Shown here in pieces: positions 1-14,100 of a stretch of DNA of 64,000 nucleotides. Made by a program: the position numbers and the translations under genes. The notes beneath the pieces were generated by a model. That model was not told where the DNA came from and ran no database searches. It was given only the letters and a program-made list of their open reading frames with translations. The first letter of the stretch is position 1. Each line of letters begins with the position of its first letter. Source of the DNA: Eledone cirrhosa (Eukaryota); NCBI GenBank assembly GCA_964016885.1, contig OZ024740.1:216070001-216134000 (forward strand). Direction: 5' to 3'.

Positions 1-11
1 ATATGGACATA

Positions 12-203
12 TAATTGTTTCTACTTTTGGCACAAGGCCAGCAATTACCCAGTGTATTACTGGTACTTTATTGTATCGACCCCGTAAGGAAGAAAGGAAA
101 AGTTAACCTCGGCGGGATTTGAATTAAGACCATAAAGGGCCGTAACTCTTTGCTGCAAAGCATGGCGTCCGACCCTCTACCGATACTGCCAATCCACTGC
201 CCT
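12..203 (-). mobile_element. tRNA-headed SINE (Meta-domain-like), near full length
   Basis: Minus strand has an A-box (TGGCAGTATCGG), a B-box-like TTCAAATCC and the core CTTTC.TCCTTACGGGGTCGATA.AATAAAGTACCAG. Flanked by an imperfect direct repeat atatg(g/a)acatataat (1-15 / 205-219). More than 12 homologous copies in the window. Confidence 0.85.
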
Positions 204-477
204 TATATGAACATATAATAATACATATGGACATATAATAACACCTGCGCGCATACACATGTGCACACGTATAGCTCTGTATACCAAACGTTTTTTTTTT
301 CATTTCAAGTAGACACGCTCCATCATCCACTTTTCTAAAAAAGTATATCATACACAAAACGCCAGCATCAACAGTTTTCCAAGAGATGGGAACATGAATG
401 GAGCAGTTATTTTCCTCTAAAAACATTTTTTCCGATTCTGCCTAGCCCGCCCCTTCAACCTTTCTAATTTTTCATTC

Positions 478-515
478 TTTTTTCTAATGAAGGACTAGCG
501 TCCGAAACGTTAAGA
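478..515 (+). ncRNA. degenerate minimal type I hammerhead ribozyme motif (Penelope pLTR-like)
   Basis: CTAATGA (CTGATGA with G5>A) + A + GGAC-tagc-GTCC stem II + GAAACGTT palindromic stem III. A more decayed homologue is on the minus strand at about 44483-44515. Confidence 0.5.
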
Positions 516-701
516 CCCTCTTCCTTCTATTTCAAGTGTTAACCTAATATATTCCTTCCATATACTGTACCGATTGTGTTGTTATTTCTGTTTACCTTTT
601 ACATATATATATATATATATAACAAAAAAAGTGTGGTAAGAAACCAGGTGGACTATAACGCACCAAAGTACTCAATACTTAGGGTAGGAGAGTGGGTAAT
701 A

Positions 702-773
702 GGCTGAGCTCCGGCCGTTTCGACAGCTAGATCCGTGTTCAGATCTAGCTGTCGAAAAAGCTGGAGCTCAGCC
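702..773. other. 32-bp-arm hairpin inside a short GC-rich insert between (TA)n and (TG)n
   Basis: GGCTGAGCTCCGGCCGTTTCGACAGCTAGATC (8-nt loop) GATCTAGCTGTCGAAAAAGCTGGAGCTCAGCC. Confidence 0.8.
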
Positions 774-801
774 GTTGGGGTCCTGACTCTTTTCCTATAT
801 G

Positions 802-853
<52 letters not shown>

Positions 854-904
854 CTATCAATAAAAACATATATCAGTTGTGTTTTACTTCAGTTTTCTGG
901 TACC

Positions 905-1023
905 ACAAAATATCCAGCTCACACTGTAAAGTGATCGTGTAAGTGTCATGACAAAAAGCACCCAACACACACTGTAAATGTGGTTGGCGTTAGGAAGGAC
1001 ATTAATCGATGATGATGATGATG
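905..1023 (+). mobile_element. SINE fragment with V-domain-like motif and (GAT)n tail
   Basis: GTGGTTGGCGTTAGGAAGGACAT followed by gatgatgat; same family as 42150-42325 and 53435-53605. Confidence 0.6.
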
Positions 1024-1178
1024 TAACTACCCCATTCCTCAATAACTTTACTAACTGGATGGTTATGTCAATGTCTAAGTTCATTCATTTCACATTCTGA
1101 GATCTTCTCAATTACTTTCCTGTTTCTCTCTGACTCCTCTTCATTTTGATTTTGGTTTTGGTTTTATTTATTCAATAT

Positions 1179-1390
1179 TGTATGTGTGTGTGTATGTATG
1201 TGTGTATATATGTGTGTATATGTATACATGTGTATGTGCATGCTTGTGTATATGTATGTGTATATGTATGTGTATGTGTGTGCATGTGTATATGTGTGTT
1301 TGTCTCTGTGTATGTATATGTGTGCCTGTGTATATGTATATGTGTTTGTCTGTGTGCATGAGCATATGCATATGTCTGTATGTATGTATG
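1179..1390. repeat. compound (TG)n/(TATG)n microsatellite
   Basis: Direct inspection; explains the V/C/Y/M and H/T/I-rich ORFs. Similar tracts at 803-853 and 1646-1700. Confidence 0.9.
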
Positions 1391-2032
1391 CTGGAGATCT
1401 CTCTGCACTTGTCACATGTTGCTTTATATCTGGAGATCTCTCTGCATTTGTCGTCACATGGTACCATGGGCCCAGCACTATGTGTCAATAATTGTCACAA
1501 GTGTAGTGTTTGTACCAGAATTTTCAAGTTGCTGGCTGGACTAAAAAGTCACACTCGTTCAGCGAGTATGGGGTTCTCAGGTGGGGTTCTCTTACATGGA
1601 TATAAAGTAGTGGCCGTACTCGAAAATGAGTTGGCAGCCACCACCATGTATGTATGTATGTATGTATGTATGTATGTATGTATATGTATATGTGTATGTC
1701 TTCCTAATGACACTAGTTGAGCATCTCGTGACATTTGTTTATGTCATGCATAAACAATATGTCTCGCAGCTCAGTGGAATAAGAACCAGACTTTAAAAAA
1801 ACCAAGTCAGGCTATCTGCTCATAGAATGCTGCCTAAATAAGAAAGTGGCTAAACCCCATTCATACCAGCATGAGAGAATTCATGTAAAAACGATGATGA
1901 AGATGAATGTGTCTGTGTGTGTGTCTGAATGTTTTATTGAGTACTAAAGATTTAAAAAGATTACATTTCTATTTTATTTCTGTATATGGAGTGCTAATTA
2001 TTAAGGATTAGATAAGCGTACACACACCCAAA

Positions 2033-2130
2033 CATCATCATTTACTGTCCATTATCCCCTGCTAGCAAGGGTTGGACAGGTCTACATAGACAAGTCAGTA
2101 CTGAAGCAGGGTTACTGATTTTTCAAATAG
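2033..2130 (-). mobile_element. RTE-tailed SINE 3' part abutting the satellite
   Basis: catcatcatttactgtccattatcccctgctagcaagggttggacagg is the reverse of the RTE-type tail seen at 57343-57395. Confidence 0.7.
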
Positions 2131-5100
2131 GCCAGATGTACTGAGGTATACTCCACCTTACAGCAGTGACCTAACCAGATGTACTGAGGTATACTCCACC
2201 TTACAGCAGTGACCTAACCAGATGTACTGAGGTATACTCCACCTTACAGCAGTGACCTAGGCAGAGGTACTGAGGTATACTCCACCTTACAGCAGTGACC
2301 TAGGCAGAGGTACTGAGGTATACTCCACCTTACAGCAGTGACATAGCCAGATGTACTGAGGTACACTCCACCTTACAGCAGTGACATAGCCAGATGTACT
2401 GAGGTATACTCCACCTTACAGCAGTGACATAGCCAGATGTACTGAGGTATACTCCACCTTACAGCAGTGACCTAGGCAGAGGTACTGAGGTATACTCCAC
2501 CTTACAGCAGTGACCTAGGCAGAGGTACTGAGGTATACTCCACCTTACAGCAGTGACCTAACCAGATGTACTGAGGTATACTCCACCTTACAGCAGTGAC
2601 CTAGGCAGAGGTACTGAGGTATACTCCACCTTACAGCAGTGACCTAGGCAGAGGTACTGAGGTATACTCCACCTTACAGCAGTGACCTAGCCAGATGTAC
2701 TGAGGTATACTCCACCTTACAGCAGTGACATAGCCAGATGTACTGAGGTATACTCTACCTTACAACAGTGACCTAGCCAGAGATACTGAGGTATACTCCA
2801 CCTTACAACAGTGACCTAGCCAGATGTACTGAGGTATACTCTACCTTACAGCAGTGACCTAGCCAGATGTACTGAGGTATACTCCACCTTACAGCAGTGA
2901 CCTAGGCAGAGGTACTGAGGTATACTCCACCTTACAGCAGTGACCTAGGCAGAGGTACTGAGGTATACTCCACCTTACAGCAGTGACCTAGCCAGAGGTA
3001 CTGAGGTATACTCCACCTTACAGCAGTGACATAGCCAGATGTACTGAGGTATACTCTACCTTACAACAGTGACCTAGCCAGAGGTACTGAGGTATACTCC
3101 ACCTTACAACAGTGACCTAGCCAGATGTACTGAGGTATACTCTACCTTACAGCAGTGACCTAGCCAGATGTACTGAGGTATATTCCACCTTACAGCAGTG
3201 ACCTAGGCAGAGGTACTGAGGTATACTCCACCTTACAACAGTGACCTAGCCAGAGGTACTGAGGTATACTCCACCTTACAACAGTGACCTAGCCAGAGGT
3301 ACTGAGGTATACTCCACCTTACAGCAGTGACCTAGCCAAAGGTACTGAGGTATACTCCACCTTACAGCAGTGACCTAGCCAGATGTACTGAGGTATACTC
3401 CACCTTACAGCAGTGACATAGCCAGAGGTACTGAGGTATACTCCACCTTACAACAGTGACCTAGCCAGAGGTACTGAGGTATACTCCACCTTACAGCAGT
3501 GACCTAGCCAGATGTACTGAGGTATACTCCACCTTACAGCAGTTACCTAGCCAGAAGTACTGAAGTATACTCCACCTTACAGCAGTGACACAGCCAGAAG
3601 TACTGAGGTATACTCCACCATACAGCAATGACCTAGCCAGATGTACTGAGGTATACTCCACCTTACAGCAGTGACCTAGCCAGAGGTACTGAGGTATACT
3701 CCACCTTACAGTAGTGACCTAGCCAGATGTACTGAGGTATACTCCACCTTTCAGCAGTGACCTAGCCAGAGGTACTGAGGTATACTCCACCTTACAGCAG
3801 TGACCTAGCCAGAGGTACTGAGGTATACTCCACCTTACAGCAGTGACCTAGCCAGAGGTACTGAGGTATACTCCACCTTACAGTAGTGACCTAGCCAGAG
3901 GTACTGAGGTATACTGCACCTTACAGCAGTGACCTAGCCAGAGGTACTGAGGTATACTCCACCTTACAACAGTGACATAGCCAGATGTACTGAGGTATAC
4001 TCCACCTTACAACAGTGACCTAGCCAGATGTACTGAGGTATACTCCACCTTACAACAGTGACCTAGCCAGAGGTACTGAGGTATACTCCACCTTACAGCA
4101 GTGACCTAGCCAGAGGTACTGAGGTATACTCCACCTTACAGCAGTGACATAGCCAGAGGTACTGAGGTATACTCCACCTTACAGCAGTGACCTAGCCAGA
4201 TGTACTGAGGTATACTCCACCTTACAACAGTGACCTAGCCAGATGTACTGAGGTATACTCCACCTTACAACAGTGACCTAGCCAGAGGTACTGAGGTATA
4301 CTCCACCTTACAACAGTGACCTAGCCAGATGTACTGAGGTATACTCCACCTTTCAGCAGTGACCTAGCCAGAAGTACTGAGGTATACTCCACCTTTCAGC
4401 AGTGACCTAGCCAGATGTACTGAGGTATACTCCACCTTTCAACAGTGACCTAGCCAGATGTACTGAGGTATACTCCACCTTACAGCAGTGACCTAGCCAG
4501 ATGTACTGAGGTATACTCCACCTTACAACAGTGACCTAGCCAGATGTACTGAGGTATACTCCACCTTACAACAGTGACCTAGCCAGATGTACTGAGATAT
4601 ACTCCACCTTACAACAGTGACCTAGCCAGAGGTACTGAGGTATACTCCACCTTACAACAGTGACCTAGCCAGAGGTACTGAGGTATACTCCACCTTACAA
4701 CAGTGACATAGCCAGATGTACTGAGGTATACTCCACCTAACAACAGTGACATAGCCAGATGTACTGAGGTATACTCCACCTTACAACAGTGACATAGCCA
4801 GATGTACTGAGGTATACTCCACCTTACAGCAGTGACCTAGCCAGAGGTACTGAGGTATACTCCACCTTACAACAGTGACCTAGCCAGATGTACTGAGGTA
4901 TACTCGACCTTACAACAGTGACATAGCCAGATGTACTGAGGTATACTCCACCTTACAGCAGTGACCTAGCCAGAGGTACTGAGGTATACTCCACCTTTCA
5001 GCAGTGACCTAGCCAGATGTACTGAGGTATACTCCACCTTACAGCAGTGACCTAGCCAGATGTACTGAGGTATACTCCACCTTACAACAGTGACCTAGCC

Positions 5101-8100
5101 AAAGGTACTGAGGTATACTCCACCTTACAACAGTGACCTAGCCAAAGGTACTGAGGTATACTCCACCTTACAACAGTGACCTAGCCAGAGGTACTGAGGT
5201 ATACTCCACCTTACAACAGTGACATAGCCAGATGTACTGAAGTATACTCCACCTTACAACAGTGACATAGCCAGATGTACTGAGGTATACTCCACCTTAC
5301 AACAGTGACATAGCCAAAGGTACTGAGGTATACTCCACCTTACAACAGTGACATAGCCAGAGGTACTGAGGTATACTCCACCTTACAACAGTGACATAGC
5401 CAGATGTACTGAAGTATACTCCACCTTACAACAGTGACATAGCCAGATGTACTGAGGTATACTCCACCTTACAACAGTGACATAGCCAAAGGTACTGAGG
5501 TATACTCCACCTTACAACAGTGACATAGCCAGATGTACTGAGGTATACTCCACCTTACAACAGTGACATAGCCAGAGGTACTGAGGTATACTCCACCTTA
5601 CAACAGTGACATAGCCAGATGTACTGAGGTATACTCCACCTTACAGCAGTGACCTAGCCAGATGTACTGAGGTATACTCCACCTTACAACAGTGACCTAG
5701 CCAAAGGTACTGAGGTATACTCCACCTTACAGCAGTGACATAACCAGAGGTACTGAGGTATAATCCACCTTACAACAGTGACCTAGCCAAAGGTACTGAG
5801 GTATACTCCACCTTACAGCAGTGACATAGCCAAAGGTACTGAGGTATACTCCACCTTACAGCAGTGACATAGCCAGAGGTACTGAGGTATACTCCACCTT
5901 ACAGCAGTGACATAGCCAGAGGAACTGAGGTATACTCCACCTTACAACAGTGACCTAGCCAGAGGTACTGAAGTATACTCCACCTTACAACAGTGACCTA
6001 GCCAGATGTACTGAGGTATACTCCACCTTACAACAGTGACCTAGCCAAAGGTACTGAGGTATACTCCACCTTACAACAGTGACCTAGCCAAAGGTACTGA
6101 GGTATACTCCACCTTACAACAGTGACCTAGCCAGAGGTACTGAGGTATACTCCACCTTACAACAGTGACCTAGCCAGAGGTACTGAAGTATACTCCACCT
6201 TACAACAGTGACCTAGCCAGATGTACTGAGGTATACTCCACCTTACAACAGTGACCTAGCCAAAGGTACTGAGGTATACTCCACCTTACAACAGTGACCT
6301 AGCCAAAGGTACTGAGGTATACTCCACCTTACAACAGTGACATAGCCAGAGGTACTGAGGTATACTCCACCTTACAACAGTGACCTAGCCAGAGGTACTG
6401 AAGTATACTCCACCTTACAACAGTGACCTAGCCAGATGTACTGAGGTATACTCCACCTTACAACAGTGACCTAGCCAAAGGTACTGAGGTATACTCCACC
6501 TTACAACAGTGACCTAGCTAAAGGTACTGAGGTATACTCCACCTTACAGCAGTGACATAGCCAGAGGTACTGAGGTATACTCCACCTTACAACAGTGACC
6601 TAGCCAGAGGTACTGAAGTATACTCCACCTTACAACAGTGACCTAGCCAGATGTACTGAGGTATACTCCACCTTACAACAGTGACCTAGCCAAAGGTACT
6701 GAGGTATACTCCACCTTACAACAGTGACATAGCCAAAGGTACTGAGGTATACTCCACCTTACAACAGTGACATAGCCAGAGGTACTGAGGTATACTCCAC
6801 CTTACAACAGTGACCTAGCCAGAGGTACTGAAGTATACTCCACCTTACAACAGTGACCTAGCCAGATGTACTGAGGTATACTCCACCTTACAACAGTGAC
6901 CTAGCCAAAGGTACTGAGGTATACTCCACCTTACAACAGTGACATAGCCAGAGGTACTGAGGTATACTCCACCTTACAGCAGTGACCTAGCCAGAGGTAC
7001 TGAGGTATACTCCAACTTACAGCAGTTACCTAGCCAGATGTACTGAGGTATACTCCACCTTACAACAGTGACCTAGCCAGATGTACTGAGGTATACTCCA
7101 CCTTACAGCAGTGACCTAGCCAGAGGTACTGAGGTATACTCCACCTTACAGCAGTGACCTAGCCAGAGGTACTGAGGTATACTCCACCTTACAGCAGTGA
7201 CCTAGCCAGAGGTACTGAGGTATACTCCACCTTACAACAGTGACATACCCAGAGGTACTGAGGTATACTCCACCTTACAACAGTGACCTAGCCAGAGGTA
7301 CTGAGGTATACTCCACCTTACAGCAGTGACCTAGCAAGATGTACTGAGGTATACTCCACCTTACAGCAGTGACATAGCCAGAGGTACTGAGGTATACTCC
7401 ACCTTACAGCAGTGACCTAGCCAGATGTACTGAGGTATACTCCACCTTACAGCAGTGACCTAGCCAGATGTACTGAGGTATACTCCACCTTACAGCAGTG
7501 ACCTAGCCAGATGTACTGAGGTATACTCCACCTTACAGCAGTGACCTAGCCAGATGTACTGAGGTATACTCCACCTTACAGCAGTGACCTAGCCAGATGT
7601 ACTGAGGTATACTCCACCTTACAGCAGTGACCTAGCCAGAGGTACTGAGGTATACTCCACCTTACAACAGTGACCTAGCCAGATCTACTGAGGTATACTC
7701 CACCTTTCAGCAGTGACCTAGCCAGAGGTACTGAGGTATACTGCACCTTTCAGCAGTGACCTAGCCAGATGTACTGAGGTATACTCCACCTTTCAACAGT
7801 GACCTAGCCAGATGTACTGAGGTATACTCCACCTTACAGCAGTGACCTAGCCAGATGTACTGAGGTATACTCCACCTTACAACAGTGACCTAGCCAGATG
7901 TACTGAGGTATACTCCACCTTACAACAGTGACCTAGCCAGATGTACTGAGGTATACTCCACCTTACAACAGTGACCTAGCCAGAGGTACTGAGGTATACT
8001 CCACCTTACAACAGTGACCTAGCCAGAGGTACTGAGGTATACTCCACCTTACAACAGTGACATAGCCAGATGTACTGAGGTATACTCCATCTTACAACAG

Positions 8101-11100
8101 TGACATAGCCAGATGTACTGAGGTATACTCCACCTTACAACAGTGACATAGCCAGAGGTACTGAGGTATACTCCACCTTACAACAGTGACCTAGCCAGAG
8201 GTACTGAAGTATACTCCACCTTACAACAGTGACCTAGCCAGATGTACTGAGGTATACTCCACCTTACAACAGTGACCTAGCCAAAGGTACTGAGGTATAC
8301 TCCACCTTACAACAGTGACATAGCCAGAGGTACTGAGGTATACTCCACCTTACAGCAGTGACCTAGCCAGAGGTACTGAGGTATACTCCACCTTACAGCA
8401 GTTACCTAGCCAGATGTACTGAGGTATACTCCACCTTACAACAGTGACCTAGCCAGATGTACTGAGGTATACTCCACCTTACAGCAGTGACCTAGCCAGA
8501 GGTACTGAGGTATACTCCACCTTACAGCAGTGACCTAGCCAGAGGTACTGAGGTATACTCCACCTTACAGCAGTGACCTAGCCAGAGGTACTGAGGTATA
8601 CTCCACCTTACAACAGTGACATACCCAGAGGTACTGAGGTATACTCCACCTTACAGTAGTGACCTAGCCAGAGGTACTGAGGTATACTCCACCTTACAGC
8701 AGTGACCTAGCAAGATGTACTGAGGTATACTCCAGCTTACAGCAGTGACATAGCCAGAGGTACTGAGGTATACTCCACCTTACAGCAGTGACCTAGCCAG
8801 ATGTACTGAGGTATACTCCACCTTACAGCAGTGACCTAGCCAGATGTACTGAGGTATACTCCACCTTACAGCAGTGACCTAGCCAGATGTACTGAGGTAT
8901 ACTCCACCTTACAGCAGTGACCTAGCCAGATGTACTGAGGTATACTCCACCTTACAGCAGTGACCTAGCCAGATGTACTGAGGTATACTCCACCTTACAG
9001 CAGTGACCTAGCCAGAGGTACTGAGGTATACTCCACCTTACAACAGTGACCAAGCCAGATCTACTGAGGTATACTCCACCTTTCAGCAGTGACCTAGCCA
9101 GAGGTACTGAGGTATACTGCACCTTTCAGCAGTGACCTAGCCAGATGTACTGAGGTATACTCCACCTTTCAACAGTGACCTAGCCAGATGTACTGAGGTA
9201 TACTCCACCTTACAGCAGTGACCTAGCCAGATGTACTGAGGTATACTCCACCTTACAACAGTGACCTAGCCAGATGTACTGAGGTATACTCCACCTTACA
9301 ACAGTGACCTAGCCAGATGTACTGAGGTATACTCCACCTTACAACAGTGACCTAGCCAGAGGTACTGAGGTATACTCCACCTTACAACAGTGACCTAGCC
9401 AGAGGTACTGAGGTATACTCCACCTTACAACAGTGACATAGCCAGATGTACTGAGGTATACTCCACCTTACAACAGTGACATAGCCAGATGTACTGAGGT
9501 ATACTCCACCTTACAACAGTGACATAGCCAGAGGTACTGAGGTATACTCCACCTTACAGCAGTGACCTAGCCAGAGGTACTGAAGTATACTCCACCTTAC
9601 AACAGTGACCTAGCCAGATGTACTGAGGTATACTCCACCTTACAACAGTGACCTAGCCAAAGGTACTGAGGTATACTCCACCTTACAACAGTGACATAGC
9701 CAGAGGTACTGAGGTATACTCCACCTTACAGCAGTGACCTAGCCAGAGGTACTGAGGTATACTCCACCTTACAGCAGTTACCTAGCCAGATGTACTGAGG
9801 TATACTCCACCTTACAACAGTGACCTAGCCAGATGTACTGAGGTATACTCCACCTTACAGCAGTGACCTAGCCAGAGGTACTGAGGTATACTCCACCTTA
9901 CAGCAGTGACCTAGCCAAAGGTACTGAGGTATACTCCACCTTACAGAAGTGACCTAGCCAGAGGTACTGAGGTATACTCCACCTTACAACAGTGACATAG
10001 CCAGAGGTACTGAGGTATACTCCACCTTACAGTAGTGACCTAGCCAGAGGTACTGAGGTATACTCCACCTTACAGCAGTGACCTAGCCAGATGTACTGAG
10101 GTATACTCCACCTTACAGCAGTGACCTAGCCAGATGTACTGAGGTATACTCCACCTTACAGCAGTGACCTAGCCAGAGGTACTGAGGTATACTCCACCTT
10201 ACAACAGTGACCTAGCCAGATCTAATGAGGTATACTCCACCTTTCAGCAGTGACCTAGCCAGAGGTACTGAGGTATACTGCACCTTTCAGCAGTGACCTA
10301 GCCAGATGTACTGAGGTATACTCCACCTTTCAACAGTGACCTAGCCAGATGTACTGAGGTATACTCCACCTTACAGCAGTGACCTAGCCAGATGTACTGA
10401 GGTATACTCCACCTTACAACAGTGACCTAGCCAGATGTACTGAGGTATACTCCACCTTACAACAGTGACCTAGCCAGATGTACTGAGGTATACTCCACCT
10501 TACAACAGTGACCTAGCCAGAGGTACTGAGGTATACTCCACCTTACAACAGTGACCTAGCCAGAGGTACTGAGGTATACTCCACCTTACAACAGTGACAT
10601 AGCCAGATGTACTGAGGTATACTCCACCTTACAACAGTGACATAGCCAGATGTACTGAGGTATACTCCACCTTACAACAGTGACATAGCCAGAGGTACTG
10701 AGGTATACTCCACCTTACAGCAGTGACCTAGCCAGAGGTACTGAGGTATACTCCACCTTACAACAGTGACCTAGCCAGATGTACTGAGGTATACTCCACC
10801 TTACAACAGTGACATAGCCAGATGTACTGAGGTATACTCCACCTTACAGCAGTGACCTAGCCAGAGGTACTGAGGTATACTCCACCTTTCAGCAGTGACC
10901 TAGCCAGATGTACTGAGATATACTCCACCTTACAGCAGTGACCTAGCCAGATGTACTGAGGTATACTCCACCTTACAACAGTGACCTAGCCAAAGGTACT
11001 GAGGTATACTCCACCTTACAACAGTGACCTAGCCAAAGGTACTGAGGTATACTCCACCTTACAACAGTGACCTAGCCAGAGGTACTGAGGTATACTCCAC

Positions 11101-14100
11101 ATTACAACACTGACCTAGCCAGAGGTACCGAAGTATACTCCACCTTACAACAGTGACATGGCCAGAGGTACTGAAGTATACTCCACCTTACAGCAGTGAC
11201 ATAGCCAGAGGTACTGAGGTATACTCCACCTTACAGCAGTGACATAGCCAAAGGTACTGAGGTATACTCCACCTTTCAGCAGTGACCTAGCGAGAGGTAC
11301 TGAGGTATACTCCACCTTACAACAGTGACATAGCCAGAGGAACTGAGGTATACTCCACCTTACAACAGTGACCTAGCCAGAGGTACTGAAGTATACTCCA
11401 CCTTACAACAGTGACCTAGCCAGATGTACTGAGGTATACTCCACCTTACAACAGTGACCTAGCCAAAGGTACTGAGGTATACTCCACCTTACAACAGTGA
11501 CCTAGCCAAAGGTACTGAGGTATACTCCACCTTACAACAGTGACCTAGCCAGAGGTACTGAGGTATACTCCACCTTACAACAGTGACCTAGCCAGAGGTA
11601 CTGAAGTATACTCCACCTTACAACAGTGACCTAGCCAGATGTACTGAGGTATACTCCACCTTACAACAGTGACCTAGCCAAAGGTACTGAGGTATACTCC
11701 ACCTTACAACAGTGACATAGCCAGAGGTACTGAGGTATACTCCACCTTACAACAGTGACCTAGCCAGAGGTACTGAAGTATACTCCACCTTAAAACAGTG
11801 ACCTAGCCAGATGTACTGAGGTATACTCCACCTTATAACAGTGACCTAGCCAAAGGTACTGAGGTATACTCCACCTTACAACAGTGACCTAGCCAAAGGT
11901 ACTGAGGTATACTCCACCTTACAACAGTGACCTAGCCAGAGGTACTGAGGTATACTCCACCTTACAACAGTGACCTAGCCAGAGGTACTGAGGTATACTC
12001 CACCTTACAACAGTGACCTAGCCAGAGGTACTGAAGTATACTCCACCTTACAACAGTGACCTAGCCAGATGTACTGAGGTATACTCCACCTTACAACAGT
12101 GACCTAGCCAAAGGTACTGAGGTATACTCCACCTTACAACAGTGACATAGCCAGAGGTACTGAGGTATACTCCACCTTACAACAGTGACCTAGCCAGAGG
12201 TACTGAAGTATACTCCACCTTAAAACAGTGACCTAGCCAGATGTACTGAGGTATACTCCACCTTATAACAGTGACCTAGCCAAAGGTACTGAGGTATACT
12301 CCACCTTACAACAGTGACCTAGCCAAAGGTACTGAGGTATACTCCACCTTACAGCAGTGACATAGCCAGAGGTACTGAGGTATACTCCACCTTACATCAG
12401 TGACCTAGCCAGAGGTACTGAAGTATACTCCACCTTACAACAGTGACCTAGCCAGATGTACTGAGGTATACTCCACCTTACAACAGTGACCTAGCCAAAG
12501 GTACTGAGGTATACTCCACCTTACAACAGTGAGCTAGCCAAAGGTACTGAGGTATACTCCACCTTACAACAGTGACATATCCAGAGGTACTGAGGTATAC
12601 TCCACCTTACAACAGTGACCTAGCCAGAGGTACTGAAGTATACTCCACCTTACAACAGTGACCTAGCCAGATGTACTGAGGTATACTCCACCTTACAACA
12701 GTGACCTAGCCAAAGGTACTGAGGTATACTCCACCTTACAACAGTGACATAGCCAGAGGTACTGAGGTATACTCCACCTTACAGCAGTGACCTAGCCAGA
12801 GGTACTGAGGTATACTCCACCTTACAGCAGTTACCTAGCCAGATGTACTGAGGTATACTCCACCTTACAACAGTGACCTAGCCAGATGTACTGAGGTATA
12901 CTCCACCTTACAGCAGTGACCTAGCCAGAGGTACTGAGGTATACTCCACCTTACAGCAGTGACCTAGCCAGAGGTACTGAGGTATACTCCACCTTACAGC
13001 AGTGACCTAGCCAGAGGTACTGAGGTATACTCCACCTTACAACAGTGACATAGCCAGAGGTACTGAGGTATACTCCACCTTACAGTAGTGACCTAGCCAG
13101 AGGTACTGAGGTATACTCCACCTTACAGCAGTGACCTAGCAAGATGTACTGAGGTATACTCCAACTTACAGCAGTGAAATAGCCAGAGGTACTGAGGTAT
13201 ACTCCACCTTACAGCAGTGACCTAGCCAGATGTACTGAGGTATACTCCACCTTACAGCAGTGACCTAGCCAGATGTACTGAGGTATACTCCACCTTACAG
13301 CAGTGACCTAGCCAGATGTACTGAGGTATACTCCACCTTACAGCAGTGACCTAGCCAGATGTACTGAGGTATACTCCACCTTACAGCAGTGACCTAGCCA
13401 GATGTACTGAGGTATACTCCACCTTACAGCAGTGACCTAGCCAGAGGTACTGAGGTATACTCCACCTTACAACAGTGACCTAGCGAGAGGTACTGAGGTA
13501 TACTCCACCTTACAACAGTGACCTAGCCAGAGGTACTGAGGTATACTCCACCTTACAACAGTGACCTAGCCAAAGGTACTGAGGTATACTCCACCTTACA
13601 ACAGTGACCTAGCCAAAGGTACTGAGGTATACTCCACCTTACAACAGTGACCTAGCCAGAGGTACTGAGGTATACTCCACCTTACAGCAGTGACCTAGCC
13701 AGATGTACTGAGATATACTCCACCTTACAGCAGTGACCTAGCCAGATGTACTGAGGTATACTCCACCTTACAACAGTGACCTAGCCAAAGGTACTGAGGT
13801 ATACTCCACCTTACAACAGTGACCTAGCCAAAGGTACTGAGGTATACTCCACCTTACAACAGTGACCTAGCCAGAGGTACTGAGGTATACTCCACATTAC
13901 AACAGTGACATGGCCAGAGGTACTGAAGTATACTCCACCTTACAGCAGTGACATAGCCAGAGGTACTGAGGTATACTCCACCTTACAGCAGTGACATAGC
14001 CAAAGGTACTGAGGTATACTCCACCTTTCAGCAGTGACCTAGCGAGAGGTACTGAGGTATACTCCACCTTACAACAGTGACATAGCCAGAGGAACTGAGG

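Noticed and set aside
1146-1734. Overlapping ORFs on both strands
   Set aside because: Translations of TG/TATG microsatellites.
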